DNA of 43,224 bases, taken from Prasinococcaceae sp. CCMP 1430. Its lineage: Eukaryota; Plantae; Prasinodermophyta. The first letter of the stretch is position 1, and each line of letters opens with the position of its first letter. The position numbers and the translations under genes were made by a program. Below are positions 21,767 through 30,552 of the stretch, piece after piece. The stretch lies in assembly GCA_013416795.1 (NCBI GenBank), contig RQSC01000824.1, forward strand, positions 1 through 43,224. The letters run 5' to 3'. The notes under the pieces were generated by a model. It ran no database searches and was not told where the DNA came from. It saw only the letters and a list, made by a program, of their open reading frames with translations.

Positions 21767-23266
21767 TCATGACAGGCTGACGCCCTCGGACAGCGCCGGC
21801 GCCGCCGGCGGCTTCCAGCCCTTGAGTGCGTTGGGGCCCTCCGAAGCACCGGCGCCCTCGTCGTTGTCGACGGCGCCCCCGAGGTCGCCGAGGAACTCGT
21901 TCACCTGCTCGCCGCTCGCCAGCGCCCCGGGCTGCTTCCACCACGGCGCGTTTCCATTGGCGCCGTTGGATGGCGACTTGCCCGCGTCGCCGGCGGCGGC
22001 CTCCCAAGGCTTGCGCGGCGGCGTCATCTGGTCGCGCGCGCGGGGCGCCATCCACGGCGGCGGAGGGCAAGCGCGGGTCAGGTCATGGCGATGCGCGCGC
22101 GGGCGCCATGGCGCCTGCGCCTGCGGGGTTGCACCTGCGCACGCGCGCAGGGCGGTCACCGCCTCTCCCGCGCGCGCGCGGCTTGTCCGCACTCACCTGA
22201 GGCTCGGTAGGCGCAGCGGTTGGGTCGGGCGGCGTATCGTCGACCTCGGCGATGCCAGGCGGCGTCTCGCCGCGCGCCACCATCTCCATGACCTCGCCAT
22301 ACGACGCAGGGCGCGGCGCCTGCTCCTTCCCCTTGGCGTCAGCGCTCGCGCGGCTCGTCGCCGCAGGGGCCCGTGTCCGTGCGGCGTGCGACGACGCCGA
22401 CGAAGGCGACCACGGCGCGGCGCCAACGCCGGGCGCGGGCTCCGGTGCGCTCGCTGCGGGGGCTGCAGGGGACGCCTGGAGCGACTGCACGACCGCATCC
22501 GCGTCGGCGCTCGCCGCGGCCTTGCCCTTGGCCCGGGCCTTGTCCTCGCGCTCGGCCGCCGCGAGCCTCTCCAGCATCTGCACGCGCTCCGACACCGAGA
22601 GCGTCCTGTCGTCGAGCGCCTCCTTCACCGCCGCGAGCTCCGCCTCGAGCGATCGGATGGCGTCGGACTTGGCGTTGGCGGTCGCGGCGGCGCTGGTCTG
22701 CATGGACGCGATGGTGGTCATGAGCGAGCTCATCTCCGCCCGCAGGTCGCCGACGGTGAGCGCCCCCCCCTCCGCGCCCGCGCCGCCGCCCATGCCCACC
22801 GCGCCGATCTCGCGCACGGCGTCGAGCGCCTCGCGCAGCTCAACCGCCTGCGCCTCCAGCGCGGACGCGGTGGCGTCCAGCTGCGCGCTGCGCTCCTCGG
22901 CGTTGCGCTCCACGGCGGCGACCGCCTCCTTGGCGGCCTGCGCGGCCTCCTCGGCTGCCGCGCGCGCGCCCTTGGCCTCCTCGGCGCCGAGCGCGTCCGC
23001 GAGGCGCGGCAGCACGTAGTCGCCGGCGGCGCGGCGAGGCCGCCCCCCGCCGCCCCCGCCGGCTCGGGCACGCGGCGGAACGCCTCGTCGATCTCCGCCT
23101 CGGTGAGCCCCTTCTGCAGCAGGAAGGCGCGCTTGTGCGCCTCGGGCGAGCCGCGCACCTTGTCGTGCGTCAGGAACGACACCGCGTTCGCCAGCATGTC
23201 CTCCCGCGGCGCCGCCGCCGCCGACCCAGCCGACGCCGCCGGCGACCCACCCGCCGCGTCCGCCAT
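21767..23266 (-). CDS. PEX14: Peroxisomal membrane docking protein PEX14; exons 23266-22197 (frame break near 23040), 22027-21767
   Basis: Pex14_N: REDMLANAVSFLTHDKVRGSPEAHKRAFLLQKGLTEAEIDEAFRRV. Then a coiled coil, PASYGEVMEMVARGETPPGIAEVDDTPP..PQ|MTPPRKPWE, PWWKQ and WKPP, as in plant PEX14. Confidence 0.88.
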
Positions 23267-23337
23267 CTCCGCCGCTCAGGAGCGACGGCACGCCGCGCGA
23301 GGCGTGCGCACGGGCGCGGCTGTGGCACCCCGAGGGG

Positions 23338-23533
23338 CGGGTGTGTGTGTGTGTGTGCGTGTGCGCGCTCGTGAGCAGGCGTGCGTGTGTATGAGCACGC
23401 GCGCGCGCGCGCGCGTGTGTGCGTGTGTGTGCGCGCGAGCGCGTGTGTGTGACACTGCGCGCGCGTGTGTGTGTGTGTGGCACTGCGTGTGCGCGCCCGC
23501 GCGCGCGTGTGCGTGCGCGCGTGCGCGCGTGTG
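23338..23533 (+). repeat. (GT)/(GC) alternating purine-pyrimidine microsatellite upstream of PEX14
   Basis: Direct inspection. Confidence 0.9.
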
Positions 23534-23683
23534 GTGAGGGCCACAGCAGCAGCAGCAGCAGCAGCAGCACCCTCACACCCTCGGCGTTTTTTTTTGTTTT
23601 TAATCGCTTTTATTTTTCGGTGCTTCCCTTTTTCCCTCGCGTTTGTTTTGACCTACATTTTTGGGGGGAGCGCGAAAAACCGG

Positions 23684-23803
23684 TGGATTCCACACATGCA
23701 TCCAATTTCATGTCAACGTAAAAAAATGGAAACCACTTTTTTAGAGTAAATACAAATACATGGAATCCATTCTTACATGGGATATGATGTATGGATTCCA
23801 TGT
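23684..23803. promoter_or_regulatory. AT-rich island with repeated TGGAWTCCA palindromes and a 13-bp inverted repeat
   Basis: tggattcca 23684, tggaaacca 23727, tggaatcca 23761, tggattcca 23792; acatggaatccat 23758-23770 pairs with atggattccatgt 23791-23803. Confidence 0.55.
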
Positions 23804-23945
23804 GTGTGTGTGTGTGTGTGTGCGTCGAGGTGGCGGGGTGGGAGGCGGAGGGCGACGGCGGGCTGGGCGCCGTCGTCGCGGTCGTGGCGGGCGCCGCCCT
23901 CGCCGGCGCCGTGCTCTCCTCCGACCGATCGCCTCGGCGCGCCGC

Positions 23946-24094
23946 NNNNNNNNNNNNNNNNNNNNNNNNNNNNNNNNNNNNNNNNNNNNNNNNNNNNNNN
24001 NNNNNNNNNNNNNNNNNNNNNNNNNNNNNNNNNNNNNNNNNNNNNNNNNNNNNNNNNNNNNNNNNNNNNNNNNNNNNNNNNNNNNNNNNNNNNN
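23946..24094. other. Assembly gap (N run)
   Basis: Run of N. Confidence 1.
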
Positions 24095-27000
24095 TCGGCG
24101 GCGGGCTGCAGGAGCTCGGCGAGGTCGGGCGCTCGGCGCTCGGCGCGGCGAGCAAGGCCGACAAGCTGCTCGCGGGCTCCGACCTCGCGCTGGCGCTGCG
24201 CGAGTCCACCGGCGAGGCGTACTCCTCGCTGCGCCGCCCCTGGCCGGGCCTGTTGCGCGAGGTGGCCGCCAGCGAGCTGCCCGCGCGCGTGCTCGAGCGG
24301 CTGGGCTCGGCGCCGGCCGACGAGGTGATGCAGTGCGCGTGCGGCGTCTTCCCGGAGATCCGCCGCGCGTGGGTCACGGTGGACAACAACCTGTACCTCT
24401 GGCGCTTCGACGCCCGGGGCGGCGAGCACGCGCCGCCCGTCGAGTACAGCGAGGAGCAGGTCATCTGCGCGGTGGCCCTCGTGGCGCCCAAGCGCGACCC
24501 GCCGGTGTTCCCGCGCGAGGTCAAGCACCTCCTCGTGCTCGCGACGCCGGTCGAGGTGGTGCTGCTGGGCGTGTGCGTCAGCGCCGAGCACGGCCTCGAT
24601 GAGCTCAAGCTGCAAGCGCTGCCGCTCTACGCCATCCCGAGCGACGCCGTCGCCATGCGCTGCATCAAGGCCACGGCCGCCGGCCGGATCTTCATGGGCG
24701 GCCACGACGGCCACCTGTACGAGCTGGAGTACAACGACGGCGGCGGGCGGTGGCGCGAGCGCCGCATGCGCAAGGTGTGCCACTCGGCCACGCTCTCGTC
24801 CTACCTGCCCACCTTCATGCAGCTCGCATCGCCCGATCCGATCGTGGAGATCGCCATCGACGAGGCGCGCGGCGTCCTGTACACGCGCTCGGCGGGCTCG
24901 GCGCTCGTCGTGTACGACCTGGGCGAGAGGGGCGACAAGTGCGCGAAGGTGGCCGAGTGCTCCAGCGGGCGCGTCGCCACGCAGCTGGGGAACTCGACGA
25001 AGCTGCTGGGCATGTTCACTGTAAGCGGCCAGACGTCGCAGGGCGTGCAGCTCGCGACCATGGCCACGGATGGCACGCGTGCCTACTGGAGCGTCTTTCC
25101 CAAGCAGGGGTACAGCAGCAGCCTCACCGAGGCGCAGGCCGCGAAGCGTCGCCCGAGCACGCTGCACGTGGTGATAACGCGCCAGCCGCCGCCGGAGCCG
25201 CAGGCCATATCCTCGACCGCCGGCGGCCTCATGCCTGATTCCGTCCTCGCCGTTCGCAGCAGCACCATGAACGTGCAGTGCGCGCTCCTCACCGAGTCCG
25301 AGGCGGTCTTCGCGGGCCCTGGGACGGGCGGCCAGGCGCGGCTCATGATCGCCGCGCGCGACTGGACGTACGCGACCTCGGGCGCGGCGCCGCTGCCGGT
25401 CGCCATCAACGGCGGCATAGGACCCGACGAGCGCGCCGCGCGCCCGCGCGGCTATCGCGAGCTGGTCGCGGAGGTGCAGGCGGCATCGGCGGTCCTCGGC
25501 GTGGCCGAGGTCCCCACGATCGGAGGGCACTGGGAGCTCGTAGAGCCGCTGGCGGATCGCACCGGGGGTGCCGTCGCGCCGTCGGTGGCGGCCGCCCGTG
25601 CCGCCGCGTTGCCCGAGCTCGTCTCGCAGCACGCGCTGCCGCGCTCGCAGCTGGTGGTGGTCACGCAGACGGGCGTGCGCCTCTTCGAGCGCCTTCGCCC
25701 GATCGACACGCTGGCGGCGCTTCTCGAGGCGGGCGACATGGAGGGGGTGCGCTGGCTCTTCAATGACTACGGGCAGGCCGAGGCGTGCGGCATGTGCCTC
25801 GCCCTCGCCACTGGCGCGTGCGCGCACGTCGGCTCGGCCGGGGCGAGGGCCACCATCGAAAAGGCGGCGGCGGACCTGTGGTACGACGCCGCGCTGTGCG
25901 GGACGGCGCGCGTGGAGGAGGCCATGGACGCCAGGGCTGGTCCCGCGGGAGCCACGGGCGGCTTCGACATGGGGCGAACGGTGCGCGAGCCCTCGCTGGT
26001 GTTCAGTGGCGCCTACAGGGGAGCGTGCTCATACGCCGCGCGCGTGCTGCGCGCGGTGTGGGACGTGCCGCTGGCGGTGGCCGGGAGCGGCGATGCGCAG
26101 GCCCTGTCGTGCCCGCTTGCGCGGGCGCGGGGGGACGGCGGCATGCCGCTCGCCACGCTCGAGGCGGCGTTCATCGTGCCGCTTCAGCGCCTCCTGGCGC
26201 AGCGCGTCGCCGCCGCAGGTGGCGCCGGCGGCGACGCCGCCGGCAGCAATGGAGGCGCCGGCGGGCCGATGAGGCGCGCGCGCCGCGCCGTCGGCCAGAT
26301 CACCTCGGCCACAGACGCGACGGCGGAGGAGGTGTCGCGCATGGCAGCGCTCGCGGCGCTGCTCGCGCGGACGGCCGAGGCCATGGCTCTCCTCCAGCTC
26401 CTGCCCGGCCGCAACTTCGCGCGGCTCGCGCAGCGCCTTCCCGGCGCGCGCCGCGACGCGCTGCGCCGCACGACCTTCGGCGAGCTCGTGTGCACGCCCG
26501 AGGGCGACGAGCTCGCGCGCTCACTTGCCGAGGCCTTTCTCAAGGAGGCCAGCGACGGCGCGCCGGGCTCGAGCGGCGGCATGGAGCGCGCCGCGCACAC
26601 GCTGCGCTCGCGCTGCCCCACGTTCTTCGGCGAGGCGGAGAAGGTGGGCGCCCAGGCGCTCTCGCTGCTGGCGATGGCCAAGGCCGCGCGGCCCGCGGCA
26701 CCTCTGGCTCGGCCGCCGCCAACGGCGCTGCTGGCTGGCCGCCTCATCGCCCTCTATCCACAGCGCGCGCCCACGGGAATCGGTGCACACCCCGCTCCCG
26801 CTCCCAGACCGACGTGCTACGTACAGTAGTAGCTTTCAACACGTCGTACGCCGTACGCCGGCGTACGCCTCATGCTTATTTAACCCTACCCTAATACTAA
26901 CCCTAACACGCCGTTTTTCTTCGATCGAGCACCCTGCTGCACACACCGCACCGTGCAGACCGCAGTGCCCTCCAAACGAAACCACACAGCTTCAAAAAAG

Positions 27001-28681
27001 ATCTGGTGAAACGAAGAACGAAAAATCCCTTATCATGGCCTTCCGCGATCGCGGAAGGGCGCACTTTACGGAATATCGTCGTCGAGGTGCGACGCATCTT
27101 TGGATCTTTCCTGGCCTTCGGCGGGCGCGTGCCTGGCGCGCGCGCGCGCCCGCCGGCCGGCCGGCCAGTCGGTTGGTTGGTTGGTTGGTTGGAGCCCGCC
27201 AGGAATCGACCGACCCGGCCAGCCAAGGCACACAGAGAGGCTACAGACAGGCAGGACTGAGACCACCACCACAGCAGACATCGCTCACTCGTCAGTCACT
27301 CATCAGAAAGTGTGGCGGCAGTACTGGCGAGAGCGCGCCGCTCCCCCTCTCGCCGCCCGTTGCCCCCGCGCGGCGGCACGCGCGTCAGTGCATGTCCGAT
27401 GCGTAAGCAGTCGATCCGCGGCGAGCGCGTGGCGGAGTGCTACGCGCTGGTGACGGACGCGCTGGAGCGCCTCGCGTGGCGCGCCGACGGTGGCAAGGGC
27501 TCCGAGGCCGAGGTTGCGGCGGCGCGCGCGCGCCTGCTGGCGGCGGCGCTCGGCAGGGGCGGAGCGGGCGGCGCCGTTGCGCCCCGCGCTTTTCACGACG
27601 CGCTCTACGCGGCCATGCTGCGGGCGGGCATGCGCGCCGAGCTGCTCAACCTCGACGCCACGTTGCGCGGCACGGGCGCGAGCGCAGCCTTCCTGGACGC
27701 CTTCCTCCTTGACGCTGGCGGCGGGGCGGCGCGCCTGCACGCCGTGGCGAGGCCTTTGGTCGCGACCGCAGAGGAGGCCTCGCACCTCGAGGCGCTCGCG
27801 CGACTGTACGCCGCGCGGGGGCGCCCGGGCGACGCAGCGTGGGTGCTCCACCGCCTCGCCTTCCGTGCGGCGGGAGGGGGCGGGGACGGCAACCTCACCA
27901 GCGCCATCAGCCTCGACGAGCGCCGCGCGCTGCTCAGCCAGGCGCTGCTGCACGCGCGCAGCGTTTCGGCCGGCCCCATTGCTGGCGCGTACTCGGGCGG
28001 CGCGTCGGCTGCCGCGGCGTCTGGCGCGGACCCCGCTGCCGCCGCGCTGGAGATCGAGGACAAGCTCGAAGTGCTCGGCTTCCAGTTGCGCCTCGCGCGC
28101 GAGCTGAGCGCCGACGCGCGCGCGGCGACCGTCGTGGGTGCCGATGCGCTGCGGGTGCTGCGCGAAGAGCCTCTGCCCGTGTCGGCACTCTACAACGACT
28201 ACGCCGCGCCGCTGGGCATGCACGGCGTCATGCTGGAGATCCTCGCCTTCACACGGGCGGGCGGCGGCGCGCACGCCGACGACGCGCGCGAGCTGTGGGA
28301 CGAGGCGCTCGCGGAGGCGTACAGTGCGGCGGCAGCGTCGGCGGGCGCAGCGGCGTCGGCGTCGGCGGGCGCAGCGGCGTCGGCGTCGGCNNNNNNNNNN
28401 NNNNNNNNNNNNNNNNNNNNNNNNNNNNNNNNNNNNNNNNNNNNNNNNNNNNNNNNNNNNNNNNNNNNNNNNNNNNNNNNNNNNNNNNNNNNNNNNNNNN
28501 NNNNNNNNNNNNNNNNNNNNNNNNNNNNNNNNNNNNNNNNNNNNNNNNGCGCGCGCGAGAGGAGCGCGCGCGCGTGGCACAGCTCGCCGAGCGCTACGCG
28601 CTCGAGGCGCGCTCGCTCACGCCCGCCGCGGACGCCGAGGCGGTGGCCGCGCGGCTCGACGCCATCGCGCGCGCGCCGTAA
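24095..28681 (+). CDS. NUP155: Nucleoporin Nup155/Nup170; coding 24095-~26695, then 27411-28390 and 28549-28681; start in the gap, one internal segment apparently missing
   Basis: CGVFPEIRRAWVTVDNNLYLWRFD..EYS.EEQVICAVALV.PK..VF..EVKHLLVLATPVEVVLLGV..GRIFMGG.DGHLYELEY..RKVCHS. It resumes after the acceptor taagcag|SIRGERVAECYALVTDAL..FHDALYAAM..LYNDYAAP; TAA at 28679-28681. Confidence 0.9.
26881..26907 (+). repeat. Degenerate telomere-like (CCCTAA) repeats inside the NUP155 interruption
   Basis: taaccctaccctaatactaaccctaac. Confidence 0.7.
27039..27058. repeat. Perfect 20-bp palindrome
   Basis: ccttccgcgatcgcggaagg equals its own reverse complement. Confidence 0.95.
27171..27190 (+). repeat. 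(GGTT)5 tetranucleotide repeat
   Basis: ggttggttggttggttggtt. Confidence 0.95.
28391..28548. other. Assembly gap (N run)
   Basis: Run of N. Confidence 1.
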
Positions 28682-28895
28682 GTGACGGTTGGCACGCATT
28701 CGCGCGTGCGAGCGAATGCGCGCGCGAGCGAGTGCGCTCCTTTGAGGTCGCGTGCGCGCGCACGAGAGTGTCGCGCGCGCGCGCGCGCTGTGTGCACAGG
28801 CGCGTGGCGTGACGACGCATTATCACCTACGAGCGATCAGCGCGCGCGGCGTCGGCCTGCGCGGGTGGTGCGGCGCGCGGAGCAATCAAGATCAT

Positions 28896-29834
28896 TTACC
28901 CGAGCGTTGTGCCGTCCGAGAGCCACGCTCTGAGCACTGCGATGGTCTCGTTCTCGTGCCAGACCGTGCTCCCACGGTCCTCTGCGACTTGGAGTGGGGT
29001 CATCCCCTCATCATCTCGCAGAGACGTGTCCGCGCCGGCCTCGAGCAACAGCTTGAGGCAGTCCGTGCTCTCGTATGCCGCTGCGAAATGCAATGCCGAG
29101 ATCCCTTGGTCGGTGACGCGGTCCTTGTCGGCGCCCGCCTTGAGCAACAGATTCACGCATGTCGTATGACCTCCAGTCGTGGCCTCATGCAAGGGAGTGA
29201 TGCCCATGTGGTCCCTCATGTCGACATGGGCCTTGTCATCGCCCACCTTGAGAAGCAGCTCGAGGCAATCTGCGTGCCCCTCCTCCGCCGCAAGACCCAA
29301 AGGAGTTTTCCCGCATTTGTCGCCGCGAGTCCGGTCGGCGCCGCATTCGAGGAGCAGCTTAACGCATTCGACATGGCCTTGGTAAGCTGCGCAACACAGA
29401 GGCGTCTTGCCGGGGACCTTGGCGTTGTCCTTATCGGCGCCCGCCTCGAGGAGCATCTTAACGCAGTCGACATGGCCTCGGCCAGCTGCGTAACACAAGG
29501 GCGTTGTGCCTTCGCGAAGGTGCCAGGGAGTCCACTCTCGAAGGCACCCGTGGGCGTTCATGCAGGCGCCGCGCTCGAGCGCAAGCCTTGCGAGCAGTGT
29601 CTTGCCGTGGTACGCAGCCAGCAGGAGGACGTAGTCTGCGGACACTTTATGATCGATGAAGAGGGAGTCAATCAGCACGTCGAGCGCTTCTCTGGCGTCG
29701 CGCGCCGCGGCGGCGTCGACCCCGAGCGCCTGCGTGGCGAGCAGCAGCGCCTGGCGCTCGCCCTCCGCCCTCGCGTCGCCCGCGCTTCCGCCGCTCCCGC
29801 CAGCGCGGGCACCTCCCCCGCGCTTGCGCTTCAT
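28896..29834 (-). CDS. Ankyrin-repeat protein A1 (312 aa, about 5 repeats plus cap), basic N-terminus MKRKR
   Basis: Intronless ORF with 33-aa repeats GxTPLxxAAxxGHxDCxxLLLEAGADKD. Confidence 0.9.
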   Translation of the reverse strand: MKRKRGGGARAGGSGGSAGDARAEGERQALLLATQALGVDAAAARDAREALDVLIDSLFIDHKVSADYVLLLAAYHGKTLLARLALERGACMNAHGCLREWTPWHLREGTTPLCYAAGRGHVDCVKMLLEAGADKDNAKVPGKTPLCCAAYQGHVECVKLLLECGADRTRGDKCGKTPLGLAAEEGHADCLELLLKVGDDKAHVDMRDHMGITPLHEATTGGHTTCVNLLLKAGADKDRVTDQGISALHFAAAYESTDCLKLLLEAGADTSLRDDEGMTPLQVAEDRGSTVWHENETIAVLRAWLSDGTTLG

Positions 29835-30331
29835 GGCCGCGGGTGCGCGAGCAGGCGGTCGGTCGGGCTTGCGAGGAAGGTGTGTGGGAATGGGGGGCGG
29901 AGCCTGCGACTCTCAGGCACCGCACGCAGTGTGGCGCCGCGCGCAGCGCAGCGCAGCGAGATTCTGCGCTGGGGGAACCGCTCCCATCAAAAAGCATTGG
30001 GGGGGGCGTGCGCAGCTGGGTGCGAATCTACAACCTCGGTCGAGCCAATATGCCCAACCACGAGTACATGTGTGCGCGCCTCGCTCGCGTGCGCGCGGCA
30101 CCGAACCCGCACCTGCGCACGTCGCACGCATGCGAGAGAGGGAGAGGGCACGCGCAGACGTGTGCTCGGGCGTGCGCGCATACGGAACGTGCTGTGCATG
30201 CACCCTCTCGGGCGCGTGCGTGTGCGCGCGTGTGTGTGCGCGTGAGTGTGTGCGTGTGTGTCTGCACATGGTGTGCGTGTATGTACGTGCGACCAGGTGC
30301 GTAACGTGAAGAGTGGATCAGAAAAAAGTGA
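29835..30331. repeat. Conserved inter-gene spacer of the ankyrin array (also at 37653-38112 and 39469-39935)
   Basis: Shared blocks gcctgcgactctcaggcaccgcacgcagtgtg, gagagagggagagggcacgcgcagacgtgtgctcggg and gtaacgtgaagagtggatcag in all three spacers. Confidence 0.9.
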
Positions 30332-30544
30332 TCAGCGGGCACGCCGCCGGCCAGCGCTCGTGCTGCGCCGCCTGCTGGGCGCGCTGGCGCCCGAGAGCGC
30401 CGCCCTGAGGACCGCGGCGGCCTCGGCGTGCTCGTACTGCTCGGCTAGCTCACGCGCGGTCTTGCCATCTCTGTTTCGCGCAGTCGCGTCCGCCCCAGCC
30501 TCGAGCAGCAGCTGGAGACAGTCAGCGTGCCCTCTCTCCGCAGT
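30332..30544 (-). pseudogene. Orphan 3' ankyrin fragment (last half repeat, cap and basic tail) just behind the A2 stop
   Basis: TAERGHADCLQLLLEAGADATARNRDGKTARELAEQYEHAEAAAVLRAALSG..RRRAR*; no start codon, out of frame with A2. Confidence 0.8.
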
Positions 30545-30552
30545 CCAGTATG

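Noticed and set aside
26525-27406. 293-aa ORF spanning the NUP155 insert
   Set aside because: No transposase, RT or endonuclease motifs; partly an alternative frame of NUP155 and simple repeats
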